The notes under the pieces were generated by a model, which saw nothing but the letters and a program-made list of their open reading frames with translations, was not told the origin of the DNA and did no database searches. The position numbers were made by a program, and so were the translations under genes. A DNA stretch of 64,000 nt. It comes from Candidatus Eiseniibacteriota bacterium (GTDB lineage: Bacteria > Eisenbacteria > RBG-16-71-46 > CAVPCR01). The DNA is taken from NCBI GenBank assembly GCA_963702435.1, contig CAVPCR010000004.1:384001-448000 (forward strand). Reading direction: 5' to 3'. This document shows positions 10,279 through 20,502 of this stretch, in pieces (position 1 is the stretch's first letter; every line of letters begins with the position of its first letter).

Positions 10279-11307
10279 ATGAAACCGTGCAGGAATCAGG
10301 TGATGAAGTCGGGGCTGGTCGGGCTCGCGGTCGCCGCGATCGCGTTCACGGCGGTCGCGGCCTGCGCGCAGACGCCGGCCGAGATCGAGGCGGCGCTCAA
10401 GGCCGCCCAGGACAAGTACAAGGATCTGAAGGAGGGCGCGAACGCCGACTACATTCCCGCCCTCGCCAAGGTCGACTCGAAGATCTATGGCATCGCGCTC
10501 GTGACTGTGGACGGGAAGGCGTACACGTCCGGAGACATCACCTCGGAGGTCTCGATCCAGTCGATCTCCAAGGTCTTCACCATGGCCAAGGTGATGGAGG
10601 AGCAGGGGACGGAAGCGATCGAGAAGAACATGGGGGTCGACGCCACCGGGCAGGTGTTCAATTCGATCAACGCGGTCGAGCAGTACAAGGGCGCCGAGAT
10701 GAATGCCCTGGTCAACCCGGGCGCCATCACCGCGACGAGCATGGTCAAGGGCGGTTCGCGGGACGAGATCTGGAACAAGATCCTCGCCTACCACTCGGAC
10801 TTCGCCGGGCGGCCGCTCAAGGTGAACCAGGAGGTCTACGAGTCCGAGGCGGCGACCAACCAGCGGAACCAGGCCATCGCGTCTCTCATGTTCGCCTATG
10901 GCCACATCAAGGAGAACCCGGCGCAGGCCTGCGACATCTACACCGAACAGTGCTCGATCAGCGTGAACGCCAAGGACCTGGCGACGATGGCCGCCACGCT
11001 CGCCAACGGCGGCAAGAACCCGGTCACCGGGAAGCAGGTCCTGGATGCGAAGCACGTCCCGGAAGTGCTGGCGGTGATGGCCACGGCCGGGCTCTATGAC
11101 GACTCGGGCAAGTGGCTCTACAGGACCGGGCTCCCCGCCAAGAGCGGGGTCGGCGGCGGCATCATCGCCGTCTCCCCCGGCAAGTTCGGGATCGCGGTGA
11201 TCTCGCCGCCGCTCGACGCGGCGGGCAACAGCGTGAAGGCCCAGAAGGCGATCGCCGACATCTCGAACGCGCTCGGCGGCAATCCGTACGCGGCGACGCC
11301 GAAGTAG
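10279..11307 (+). CDS. glsA: Glutaminase A with N-terminal signal peptide
   Basis: 'ADYIPALA', catalytic 'IQSISK' SxxK, 'NALVNPGAI', 'YTEQCS', 'GLPAKSGVGGGI'. Confidence 0.92.
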   Translation: MKPCRNQVMKSGLVGLAVAAIAFTAVAACAQTPAEIEAALKAAQDKYKDLKEGANADYIPALAKVDSKIYGIALVTVDGKAYTSGDITSEVSIQSISKVFTMAKVMEEQGTEAIEKNMGVDATGQVFNSINAVEQYKGAEMNALVNPGAITATSMVKGGSRDEIWNKILAYHSDFAGRPLKVNQEVYESEAATNQRNQAIASLMFAYGHIKENPAQACDIYTEQCSISVNAKDLATMAATLANGGKNPVTGKQVLDAKHVPEVLAVMATAGLYDDSGKWLYRTGLPAKSGVGGGIIAVSPGKFGIAVISPPLDAAGNSVKAQKAIADISNALGGNPYAATPK

Positions 11308-11486
11308 CGCGCGGCGACGCCGGCGGTCGGACAGGAACACATTGAGGGCGGGCTCGAGCCCCTGCCCTCCCGGCTCAGACACTCGCCGGCCGACACACTG
11401 GTGTGCTCATAGCATCCCGGGTGCCGGCCGGCGAAACTCGCCGGGGAGGGCAGGGCTCGTCGCCCGCCCTGTTCGTTGCGCCGCGG

Positions 11487-12302
11487 CTACTCGGTGGGGA
11501 GAGAGAGTTTGAGGACGGCGAGCATCTCGTCGTGGATGAGACCGTTTGAGGCGCAGATGCCGGGACACGTGAGGTGGAATGGTGTGCCGTCGATGGCGGT
11601 GATGCGGCCGCCTGCCTCCTGGATGAGTAGGGCGCCGGCGGCGAGATCCCACGGCTTGAGGCGGAGCTCCCAGAAGCCGTCGAAGCGGCCGCAGGCGACA
11701 TAGGCGAGATCGATGGCGGCGGCGCCGGCGCGGCGGATGGCGAGGGCGCGGGTCGCGAAGCGGGCAAAGTGATCGAGGTTGTTGTCGGGGTTGGTGCGGA
11801 TGTCGTAGGGGAAGCCGGTGGCGAGGAAGCCGCGGTCGAGGTGACCGGTCCCGGAGGCCTGGATGGATCTGCCGTTGAGGGTTGCCCCGGAGCCGAGGGC
11901 CGCGGTGAACATCTCCTCGAGCATGGGTATGTAGACTGCCCCTGCGACGAGCTGATGATCGCGCTCGACGCCCACCGATACCGCGAACATGGGGAACGAG
12001 CGGGCGAAGTTGGTGGTGCCGTCGAGGGGGTCGATGATCCAGCGGATGCTGGTGGCCGGGTTGCCGTCGGCCCCGCGTTCCTCGGCGAGCACGGAGTCCA
12101 GGGGCCGCTCGGCGCGGATGGTCGAGACGGCAATCTCCTCCGCCGCGTGATCGGCCTCGGTCACGAGATCGATCGCGCCTTTCTGGTCCACGCGCCCGGC
12201 GTCACCGAAGCGCGCCCGGAGGTGGTCGCCGGCGGCGCGGGCCGCGCGCTCGGCGAGGGTGCGGAGTGGCTGTAAGATGATAGGGTCTCCCGAGTCAGAC
12301 AC
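11487..12302 (-). CDS. suhB: Inositol monophosphatase
   Basis: 'DLVTEAD', 'WIIDPLDGTTNF', 'ATGFPY', 'RRAGAAAIDL', 'WDLAAG'. Confidence 0.93.
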   Translation of the reverse strand: MSDSGDPIILQPLRTLAERAARAAGDHLRARFGDAGRVDQKGAIDLVTEADHAAEEIAVSTIRAERPLDSVLAEERGADGNPATSIRWIIDPLDGTTNFARSFPMFAVSVGVERDHQLVAGAVYIPMLEEMFTAALGSGATLNGRSIQASGTGHLDRGFLATGFPYDIRTNPDNNLDHFARFATRALAIRRAGAAAIDLAYVACGRFDGFWELRLKPWDLAAGALLIQEAGGRITAIDGTPFHLTCPGICASNGLIHDEMLAVLKLSLPTE

Positions 12303-12350
12303 GCGCGGAGCCTACGCAGAGGCCGGCCGCGCTGCAAGGGGGAGGACATC

Positions 12351-13037
12351 GTGCCCGGAGGCGAGTTGCTCCTGCCGCCGTTCACCGTGGAGGGAGAACT
12401 GGCGGCACTGGTTGACATCGGTCTCCTCACCGCGGGCGGGCTCGAGGTCACGCCGGCGGGTGCAGCCATCGGGGCGGCGATTGCGGCCGAGGCGGCGGCC
12501 AAGCGCGCGTTCGCCGGTGACCGCGCGATCGGGGACGTCCCGGGCGTCGCGCCGGTCCGGCGGCTCATGAGCGCCCTCGGCACCGATCCCACGAAGACGC
12601 GCCCGTCCTCGGAGGCGCTGCTGCGCCGTGTGCTCAGGGGGCAGGGTCTCTACGCGGTGAACAACGTGGTCGACACGGTGAACCTGGCGTCGCTCCGCTG
12701 GCTCCTGCCCATGGGCCTCTACGATCTTGCGGCATTGCGCGGGAATCTGCGGCTTGCGCGCGGCGGTTCCGGCGACGGCTACTCCGGCATCGGCAAGGAG
12801 CACGTGAGCCTCGCGGACCGGCCGGCGCTCTACGACGACGAGGGGCCGTTCGGGGCTCCGACCTCCGATTCGTTCCGGACGCGGGTCCACGCCGGAACGA
12901 CGCGCATCCTCCTCGTCGTCTTCGCGCCCCGCGACATCCACGCCGACATGCTCCCGCGGTGTCTCGCCGATACCAGGGACCTCCTCGTCAATCTCTGCGG
13001 GGCGCGCCCGGGCTCCGAGCGACTTCTCCGCGGCTAG
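12351..13037 (+). CDS. Free-standing B3/B4 (PheRS beta editing-like) domain protein
   Basis: 'GTDPTKTRPSSEALLRR', 'VNNVVDTVNLASL', 'GLYD', 'PTSDSFRT'. Confidence 0.85.
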   Translation: MPGGELLLPPFTVEGELAALVDIGLLTAGGLEVTPAGAAIGAAIAAEAAAKRAFAGDRAIGDVPGVAPVRRLMSALGTDPTKTRPSSEALLRRVLRGQGLYAVNNVVDTVNLASLRWLLPMGLYDLAALRGNLRLARGGSGDGYSGIGKEHVSLADRPALYDDEGPFGAPTSDSFRTRVHAGTTRILLVVFAPRDIHADMLPRCLADTRDLLVNLCGARPGSERLLRG

Positions 13038-13157
13038 TCCTGGAACGGCCGGCGCCCGCCGCCGAACGCGCCTCGCGGGTCGCCGCGCCGCCGAGCGCGA
13101 CCCAGTGACCCTCGAAACCGCGCGGACCGCCCTGGCGACGGGTGCTATCCTCGGCCC

Positions 13158-14570
13158 ATGGTGCGCCTCGATCGCCTCCTCGTCGCCGGCCCGCGGAGCG
13201 GCGCCGGCAAGACCACGATCACCCTCGGGCTCCTCGCCGGCGCGGTCGAGCGCGGACGGAAGGTGCAGCCGTTCAAGGTGGGGCCCGACTTCATCGACAC
13301 CGGGTTCCACGCGGCGCTCACCCGTCGCCCCTGCTACAACCTCGACGGCTGGATGATGCCGGGCGAGCGGCTCGCCGACACCTTCCGCCGCGCCATGCGC
13401 CGCGGCGCCGATCTCGCCGTGGTCGAGGGCATGATGGGCCTCTACGACGGCGCGGGCGCGGGTGAGGAGGGCACTGCGAGCGCCGACATCGCCAGGCGGC
13501 TCGGGCTCCCGGTGATCCTGGTCCTCGACGTATTCGCCATGGCCGGCTCGGCCGGCGCCGCGGCGCTCGGCTACCGGCTCTACGATCCCGACGTCAACGT
13601 GGCCGGCGTCATCCTGAACCGGGTCGTCGGGGAGCGGCATGCGGCGGCCTGCAAGGAATCGCTCGACCGCGCCGGTTTTCGCGTCCTGGGCGTGGTGCCG
13701 GCGGACGATGCCCTCGTCCTCCCGGAGCGGCATCTCGGCCTGGTGCCGGCGTGGGAGCAGGCAGGAGCAGGGAAGGCGCTCGCCTCGATGGCGCGCGCGG
13801 TCGCCCAGCACCTCGACATGGACGCGATCCTCGCCCTCGCGGCCTCCGCGCCGCCCCTGGGAGATCTTGCCGCCGGCGACTTGCAGGGGAACGGCGGCGC
13901 CAAGCCGGCGCCGGTCACGATCGGTCTCGCTCGCGACGAGGCCTTCGGTTTCTACTACCAGGACACGCTCGATGCGCTTGCCGCCGCCGGGGCATCGCTC
14001 GTCCCGTTCGCGCCTTCGCGCGATGAGGAGCTGCCCGCCACCCTCGGCGGCCTCTATCTCGGCGGCGGCTTTCCCGAGCGCCACCTCGATGCGCTCGAGG
14101 CCAATGTGACGCTTCGCTCGGAGATCGCGCGGCTCGCCCGGGCAGGCCTGCCGATCTACGCCGAGTGCGGCGGGCTCATGTATCTCTGCCGGTCGATCGC
14201 GCCCGAGCGGGGCGCGCGCCGGGCGATGGCCGGGGTGCTCGACGGGCACGTGCGCATGGGCGGCCGGCAGGCGATCGCCTACGTCGGCGTGGAGGTGCGG
14301 GAAGACACGCCGCTCGCACCGCAGGGGACGCACCTCCGCGGCCATGTCTTCCACAACTCGGTGGTCGAGCGGATCGGACCCGACGCGCGCTTCACCTACC
14401 GGCTCGCGCCCGGGCCGGGGATCAGGGATCTCGAAGACGGCTGGCTCTCGGGGAACGTGCTGGCGAGCTACACCCACCTGCCGCTCGCCGCCTACCCGGA
14501 GCTGGTCGCACGCTGGCTCGCCGCGTGCCGGCACTTTCGTGACCGGCAAGCTGCAGCTGGTGGTGCATAG
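13158..14570 (+). CDS. cbiA: Cobyrinate a,c-diamide synthase
   Basis: 'SGAGKTT', 'FKVGPDFID', 'EGMMGLYDG', 'PERHLGL', 'GGGFPE', 'YAECGGLMYL', 'SYTH'. Confidence 0.9.
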   Translation: MVRLDRLLVAGPRSGAGKTTITLGLLAGAVERGRKVQPFKVGPDFIDTGFHAALTRRPCYNLDGWMMPGERLADTFRRAMRRGADLAVVEGMMGLYDGAGAGEEGTASADIARRLGLPVILVLDVFAMAGSAGAAALGYRLYDPDVNVAGVILNRVVGERHAAACKESLDRAGFRVLGVVPADDALVLPERHLGLVPAWEQAGAGKALASMARAVAQHLDMDAILALAASAPPLGDLAAGDLQGNGGAKPAPVTIGLARDEAFGFYYQDTLDALAAAGASLVPFAPSRDEELPATLGGLYLGGGFPERHLDALEANVTLRSEIARLARAGLPIYAECGGLMYLCRSIAPERGARRAMAGVLDGHVRMGGRQAIAYVGVEVREDTPLAPQGTHLRGHVFHNSVVERIGPDARFTYRLAPGPGIRDLEDGWLSGNVLASYTHLPLAAYPELVARWLAACRHFRDRQAAAGGA

Positions 14571-14743
14571 CGAGCCACCCCGTTACCCGCCGCGGGCGGG
14601 AAACGGCAGCCAGGAGGCGACTTAGCGCCGGGACGCGGCTGGCACCGACCTTGCTCTCTCCCGGTCGGGGTGCTCTTGCCCCCGAGTTGATCTGGGCAAT
14701 TTGGCGCGGAAGAAGGTCCACCGCGGAGAAGGAGAGGAACGTG

Positions 14744-15673
14744 ATGAGCGCTCGCACCTGCTGGCGCCGGAGGGCGCGTGTATCTATCGCCGGGCTCGTG
14801 CTGGCCCTCGTCGCCGGCGGATTCGGCGGCTGCGATGAGACCGGCACGAGCACGGTGGGTGAGGACGAGCTCGCTCCCCCGCTCGGACTCACCAGCATCA
14901 CGGGGAATCGGGAAGTGACCCTCATCTGGTACACGAGCAACTTCGAGTCGGGATTCGAGGGTTACATCGTGTACCAGCGCAACGGCGACTACGAGACGGA
15001 CCGGTCGTCGCCGCTGCCCACGGGCTTCGTCGAGGTGGATCGCATGCCGCTCGGCCAGTCCGGCACACAGCAGAGCGTTCTGGTCCAGGATCTCGAGAAC
15101 GGTACGACCTTCAGCTTCGCGATCTGCGCCTACCGCGACGGCGGAAACGAGGTGAGCCTCGCGAGCAACATCGTCGCCGACACCCCGCGTCCCGAGATCA
15201 CGAGCGTCACTCTGACCTCGGCCTCGACCGGCGATGTGTCCGGCAACGACGCCACGGCGGGCTTCGACTTCGCGGGCTTCGCCATCGAGAGCGTGCCTCT
15301 CGATCTCAGCGGATCCAACTACACCAACAACTCGGGGACCGATGTCGTGCACGAGGCCTTCGATCCCGGCCAGGCCAACCTGAACATCCGCTCGTGGCTC
15401 GCCGGGATGAACGGCGGCGGGGTGCAGGATCTGGGCTGGATGGGGAATCTCGACGGTTCCTCCGAGGCGCCGCCCGAAGGGTATGCCGATTCGGGCGAGT
15501 CGGTGCTCCTGACCGTGGGGCATGTCTATGCCGTCCGGACCGGCGACGGTCACTACGGCAAGCTGATCGTGACGAGCGTCCAGGGGGCGCCTGCGCACCT
15601 CGTGACGTTCAATGCGGCCTACCAGACCAAGCCCGACGAACCGAACTACTTCCCGGCGCTCGGCATCCACTAG
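14744..15673 (+). CDS. Lipoprotein with N-terminal fibronectin type III-like domain
   Basis: Lipobox-like 'FGGC'; 'PPLGL...VTLIW...GYIVY...LENGTTFSFAICAY' FN3 pattern; GGAGAGG RBS. Confidence 0.65.
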   Translation: MSARTCWRRRARVSIAGLVLALVAGGFGGCDETGTSTVGEDELAPPLGLTSITGNREVTLIWYTSNFESGFEGYIVYQRNGDYETDRSSPLPTGFVEVDRMPLGQSGTQQSVLVQDLENGTTFSFAICAYRDGGNEVSLASNIVADTPRPEITSVTLTSASTGDVSGNDATAGFDFAGFAIESVPLDLSGSNYTNNSGTDVVHEAFDPGQANLNIRSWLAGMNGGGVQDLGWMGNLDGSSEAPPEGYADSGESVLLTVGHVYAVRTGDGHYGKLIVTSVQGAPAHLVTFNAAYQTKPDEPNYFPALGIH

Positions 15674-15802
15674 AGGCGGCAGCCGGGCGCTCACCAGGCG
15701 CCTGCACGCGCTGGCGGCGCGCTCCCGGAACGGGCGGCGGTGCTCTCGCATCGCCGCCCGTTCCATGTCATCCTTCCGCCGGCAACGGAAGGATGGGGGA
15801 GC

Positions 15803-16504
15803 ATGAGACGCCAGCGATCGCCGGCCTTGTGGTATGGCCTCCTGCTGCTCGCCGCGCTCGCCATCGCGGTGTGGCGTCTCTCCGCAGGGGGCATCTCGCC
15901 CTTCCCGGATTCCCTCCTCCAGCCCGCGCCGCGAGTCGCGCTCGTGGACGCCTTCGCCCGCGCCGGCGTGCGCTACCCGCCGGCCGAGGTCGCCCTGCTC
16001 GGGTTCAAGGCGGAGAAGTCCCTCGAGGTGTGGGCGGCCGACGGCGGACCGTGGCGATTCATCACGAGCTACCCGATCCGCGCCGCGAGCGGCCGGGCCG
16101 GCCCCAAGCTCCGCGAGGGCGACCGGCAGGTTCCGGAGGGTGTCTACCGGATCGTCTGGCTCAATCCCCACTCGAGCTTTCACCTGTCCATGCAGCTCGA
16201 CTATCCGAATGCCTTCGATCGTCGCCGCGCCCGCGCCGACGGGCGCACGCAGCCCGGCAGCGACATCTTCATCCACGGCGCTGCGGTGTCGATCGGCTGC
16301 CTCGCCATGGGCGACCGGGCGATCGAGGAGCTCTATGCGCTGGTCGAGAAGACCGGACTCGCCGGCGCCCGCGTCCTCCTCGCTCCGCACGATCCACGGG
16401 TGCGGCCGCTCCCGCGCACGCTCGGCGGGGCGCCGGCGTGGCTGCCGGAACTGTACGACCAGCTCGAGGCGGAGTTCGCTGCCTTCAAGAAGGACGCGGG
16501 TTGA
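15803..16504 (+). CDS. L,D-transpeptidase (YkuD/YafK-like) family protein
   Basis: 'GPKLREGDRQVPEGVY', 'LDYPN', 'IFIHG...SIGC' catalytic H/C; N-terminal TM segment. Confidence 0.88.
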   Translation: MRRQRSPALWYGLLLLAALAIAVWRLSAGGISPFPDSLLQPAPRVALVDAFARAGVRYPPAEVALLGFKAEKSLEVWAADGGPWRFITSYPIRAASGRAGPKLREGDRQVPEGVYRIVWLNPHSSFHLSMQLDYPNAFDRRRARADGRTQPGSDIFIHGAAVSIGCLAMGDRAIEELYALVEKTGLAGARVLLAPHDPRVRPLPRTLGGAPAWLPELYDQLEAEFAAFKKDAG

Positions 16505-16531
16505 CTTCCACCGGCGGGCGCCGCCGGCTCT

Positions 16532-16951
16532 CTACTCCCCGATGATCTTGACGAGCACGCGCTTCGGGCGGCGGCCGTCGAACTCCCCGTAGAAGATCTG
16601 CTCCCACGGGCCGAAGTCGAGCCTCCCGCCGGTGATCGCCACCACCACCTCGCGGCCCATCAGCTGCCGCTTGATGTGCGCGTCGGCATTGTCCTCGCCG
16701 GTCAGGTGATGGCGGTAGTCGGTTCCGGGCCGGTAGGGGGCGAACGCCTCGAGCCAGCGCGCGAAGTCGGCATGGAGGCCTGACTCGTCGTCGTTGATGA
16801 AGACGCTCGAGGTGATGTGCATCGAGTTGACGAGGCAGAGCCCCTCCTGGACGCCGCTTGCGCGCACGGCGGCTTCTACCTCCGAAGTGATGTTCACGAA
16901 CTCGAGCCGCTCGGGCGTGGTGATCCTGATCTCGTGGCGATGGGTCTTCAC
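16532..16951 (-). CDS. yjbQ: YjbQ/UPF0047 family protein
   Basis: '[10 protein letters not shown]', 'NADAHIK', '[14 protein letters not shown]'. Confidence 0.92.
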   Translation of the reverse strand: MKTHRHEIRITTPERLEFVNITSEVEAAVRASGVQEGLCLVNSMHITSSVFINDDESGLHADFARWLEAFAPYRPGTDYRHHLTGEDNADAHIKRQLMGREVVVAITGGRLDFGPWEQIFYGEFDGRRPKRVLVKIIGE

Positions 16952-17778
16952 GGGAAAAGCCTCCGGGCCACCGCCGCCCAGCCGGCGGGGCCGGGCGCCG
17001 GGGCGAGCGCGGCGCGGGGGACGCCGCGCCGGAGATCGGGGTCGGGCGCGCCGTCTCGGCGCGGCACGATGACCGGATGATCCACGGCGCCGAGCAGCGC
17101 CACGTCGTGCGGGCCGTCGCCGAAGCCGATCGTCACCGGAGCCCAGCCGGCACGGCGGAACCAGTCGATGACGATGCGGGTTGCATGCCCCTTGTCGGTG
17201 CGACCGTGCAGGTGGTGCATGATCGCCCCGCGCGTGATCGTGAGGCCGCGGCGGGCGAGGACCCGGCGGATGGCCGCCGCGTGTCCGCGCGGGTGGCGGA
17301 GGAAGACGAAGGGCTCGTCGAACTGGCGGCGGCGGGCGAGGCGGATCGCGGCCGGGGCGAGGCCGGTGAGCGCGCGGAGTTCCGCCTCGCTCATCGCGCC
17401 GAGGCCTCGCACGCCGTTCCCGAGGAGGGTGCCGATCTCGGCGAGGCCGGCCCGCACCTCGTCGATCCCGACTGCGAGCGGGATGAGGAGCCCCTCGCGC
17501 GTGCGCCGGCGGGGGATGCCGGGAGGCAGCGGAACCGGCAGCGAGCCCGCGGGGATCACGACCGCTCCGCCGCTCTCGACGATCGCGGGCAGGCGGAATC
17601 CGATCGCGCGCTCGAGCGCGCGCACCTCGGCCTCCGTCTTGCTGGTGCAGAGGATGACGGGCACGCCAGCGCGGTGGAGGCGCCGGAGCACGGTCCGCGC
17701 CGGCCCCAGGCGATAGGTGCGCGCGTCGAGGAGGCAGCCGTCGACGTCGGTGAAGACGAGGAGTCGGGGTGACATCAT
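16948..17778 (-). CDS. HAD-IIB hydrolase, mannosyl-3-phosphoglycerate phosphatase-like
   Basis: '[10 protein letters not shown]', 'CTSKT', 'RQFDEPF', 'DKG', 'GDGPHD'. Confidence 0.85.
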   Translation of the reverse strand: MMSPRLLVFTDVDGCLLDARTYRLGPARTVLRRLHRAGVPVILCTSKTEAEVRALERAIGFRLPAIVESGGAVVIPAGSLPVPLPPGIPRRRTREGLLIPLAVGIDEVRAGLAEIGTLLGNGVRGLGAMSEAELRALTGLAPAAIRLARRRQFDEPFVFLRHPRGHAAAIRRVLARRGLTITRGAIMHHLHGRTDKGHATRIVIDWFRRAGWAPVTIGFGDGPHDVALLGAVDHPVIVPRRDGAPDPDLRRGVPRAALAPAPGPAGWAAVARRLFP

Positions 17779-17916
17779 CGCGGCGAGCTTAGAGCGGGGT
17801 GCGGGGTCCGGCAAGCGGGCATCGGCGCATCTTCGCGCGTGTCAAGGGGTCGCATCTCGCCTATTCTCTCTTCGCGCGCGGCGCCCGGCCCGGCCGTTGC
17901 CGCTCCAGGAACCCGG

Positions 17917-19899
17917 ATGCTGACACCTTTCCTCCGCGATCTCGCCATCCTCCTCGCGCTCGGCGTCGTGGTGGTCCTCGCCTTCCACCGCCTGCGCCTG
18001 CCGGCGATCGTCGGCTTCCTCCTCGCCGGTGTGATCGCGGGTCCGCACGGGCTCCGGCTGATCGACAACGTGCACGCGGTCGAGAGCCTGGCCGAGGTCG
18101 GGGTCATCGTGCTCATGTTCACGATCGGTCTCGAGTTCTCGGTCGGCGAGCTCAAGCGGATCCGCACGGTCGCGCTGACCGCCGGCACCGTGCAGGTCGC
18201 CGGCACGATCGCCGCCGTCGCCGGGCTCGGCGTCGCGTTCCTCGGTCTCTCGCTCGCCGAGGGCCTCTTCGCCGGCATGCTCGTCGCGCTGAGCTCGACC
18301 GTCATCGTCCTGAAGATCCTCGGCGACCGCGGCGAGCTGACCGCCCCGCACGGGAAGATCGCGGTCGCCGTGCTCATCTTCCAGGACCTCTGCGTCGTGC
18401 CGATGATGCTCGTGGCCCCGCTCCTCGCCGGCGGGGAGACGTCGCTCACCCGCATCGCCCTCGTTCTGGGCCAGGCGCTTCTCGTCGTGGTCCTGACCGT
18501 CGTGCTCTCACGGCGGGTGGTGCCGCGACTTCTCCATCTCGCCGCCGGGACGCGGAGCCGCGAGGTGTTCATCCTCACCGTCATCCTCGTCTGCATCGGC
18601 ACCGCCTGGATCTCCCAGCGCATCGGGCTCTCGCTCGCGCTCGGCGCCTTCATCGCCGGGATCGTGATCTCCGAGTCGGAGTACAGCCACCAGGCGATGA
18701 GCGACGTGCTTCCCTTCCGCGACACCCTGGCCAGCGTCTTCTTCCTCGCGGCGGGCATGCTCCTCGATCTGGGCGCGATCGGGCGCGCGCCGGGCTTCGT
18801 CTTCGGGCTCGCCGTCGTCCTCATCGCGCTCAAGGCGATCGTGGCGGGGATCGCCGTCCTCGTGCTCCTTCGCTATCCGCTCCGGGTCGTCGTCCTCTCC
18901 GCGCTCGCGCTGGCCCAGCTCGGCGAGTTCTCGTTCGTGCTGGCGGCGGTCGGTACCGATCTGGGTCTCACCCCGCCGGCGTTGCGCCAGCCCCTCCTCG
19001 CCGCGATCGTGCTCAGCATGGTGGTCACTCCCTTCCTGATCGCCGGCGGCCGGCGGCTGGCCGAGCGGATCGCGACCCGCGCTGCCGACTCCGGGGGGCG
19101 CGCCGACCAGGGCGTGCTCGCCCAGTCGCCGTCCCGGCTCCACGATCACACGATCATCATCGGCTTCGGTCTCAACGGGCGGAACGTCGCTCGCGTCCTC
19201 GACGAGGCCGACATCCGCTACGTCGCGGTCGAGATGAACGCGCAGACCGTGGCCGGCGAGCGGCAGCGCGGAGTGCCCATCGTCTACGGGGACGCCTGTC
19301 AGGCCAACGTGCTCGAGGGCGTCGGCGCGCGGGCGGCGCGCGTCATCGTGATCGCGATTTCCGATCCGGCGGCGACCCGCCGCATCACGCAAACCGCGCG
19401 CCGCCTGAATCCGGCGGCGGAGATCATCGTGCGCACGCGCTACGTCGAGGAGGTCGAGGCGCTGGCGCTGGCGGGGGCGAGCGACGTGGTGCCGGAGGAG
19501 TTCGAGACCTCGATCGAGATCTTCTCGCGGGTGCTCCGCACCTACATGGTGCCGGGCGAGGTGATCGAGGACCTGATCCGCGCCATCCGCCAGGACGAGT
19601 ACGTGATGCTCCGCTATCGCGATCTGCCCGGGGTGAGTCTCGTCGGGAACCTCGCCGGCCTGAAGACCGAGATCGTCCGCGTCGAGCGCGGCGCGCCGAT
19701 CGCAGGGCTCACGCTCCAGGAGAGCCAGATCCGGTCGACCACCGGGACCGCGGTCGTCGCCATCCGGCGTGGCGAGGAGACCATCTCGAACCCGCCGCCG
19801 GAGACGCGCCTCGAGCCGGACGACGTGGCGCTCCTCCTCGGGAAGGCCGAGCAGGTGCTGGCGGCGGCGGTGCTCTTCCGCGGCGGGCGGGGCGCGTAG
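17917..19899 (+). CDS. CPA2 monovalent cation:proton antiporter (Kef-like) with TrkA-N and TrkA-C domains
   Basis: About 12 TM segments, 'LIFQD', 'AQLGEFSF', 'IIGFGLNG' RCK domain, C-terminal 'VAIRRG...NP'. Confidence 0.92.
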   Translation: MLTPFLRDLAILLALGVVVVLAFHRLRLPAIVGFLLAGVIAGPHGLRLIDNVHAVESLAEVGVIVLMFTIGLEFSVGELKRIRTVALTAGTVQVAGTIAAVAGLGVAFLGLSLAEGLFAGMLVALSSTVIVLKILGDRGELTAPHGKIAVAVLIFQDLCVVPMMLVAPLLAGGETSLTRIALVLGQALLVVVLTVVLSRRVVPRLLHLAAGTRSREVFILTVILVCIGTAWISQRIGLSLALGAFIAGIVISESEYSHQAMSDVLPFRDTLASVFFLAAGMLLDLGAIGRAPGFVFGLAVVLIALKAIVAGIAVLVLLRYPLRVVVLSALALAQLGEFSFVLAAVGTDLGLTPPALRQPLLAAIVLSMVVTPFLIAGGRRLAERIATRAADSGGRADQGVLAQSPSRLHDHTIIIGFGLNGRNVARVLDEADIRYVAVEMNAQTVAGERQRGVPIVYGDACQANVLEGVGARAARVIVIAISDPAATRRITQTARRLNPAAEIIVRTRYVEEVEALALAGASDVVPEEFETSIEIFSRVLRTYMVPGEVIEDLIRAIRQDEYVMLRYRDLPGVSLVGNLAGLKTEIVRVERGAPIAGLTLQESQIRSTTGTAVVAIRRGEETISNPPPETRLEPDDVALLLGKAEQVLAAAVLFRGGRGA

Positions 19900-20142
19900 C
19901 TCCCTCCGGCGAGCGACCGATCTGATCATGGTGCTCAGTCAAGCGATGACCGGCGCGAGCCAGCGGGACTTCAACCTGTACAGCGAGCTCGCCTCGGCCT
20001 ACCATGAACTCGGGATTCCTGATCCTATGAAGTTCTCGCCGGGGCCGCTGACCAAGCTGGCAGAGCAGACGAAACCCTTGATCCGGCATGCAGACGGAAT
20101 CGATGCGATGGCGGGGTGCACAGGTGCCTTGAGGAGACGCTG

Positions 20143-20502
20143 ATGCTCATGGGCAGTCGGAGAGCGATGGTCATTGCCGTGTCATGGCTCGGGATTGGCG
20201 GGCTGTTGCTGGGGTGCGAGGATGACGGGGGTGGTCCAGACACGGGCTTCCTGTCGGTCTCAGTGCTGGACCAGGAAGTCGGCCCGGTAAGCGGACAAGC
20301 GATCTCGGTTTCGCCGGCAGGCATGGACGGGGAGACGAACGCAGAGGGCATCGCGATGTTCGAGCTGGCCGCTGGCGAGTACGTCGTCGATGCCGACGTG
20401 TGCTGTGTCGGTCCCGGGTTCATCCAGTATCACGTGCCGGTCACCGTGGTGGCCGGGGACACGACAAAGGTCACCCTGGATGCGTGCATGTCATGTGAGT
20501 GA
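20143..20502 (+). CDS. Small lipoprotein with carboxypeptidase-regulatory-like Ig fold
   Basis: GAGGAG RBS; lipobox 'LLGC'; 'TNAEG...L.AGEY'; CC and terminal CxxC. Confidence 0.6.
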   Translation: MLMGSRRAMVIAVSWLGIGGLLLGCEDDGGGPDTGFLSVSVLDQEVGPVSGQAISVSPAGMDGETNAEGIAMFELAAGEYVVDADVCCVGPGFIQYHVPVTVVAGDTTKVTLDACMSCE

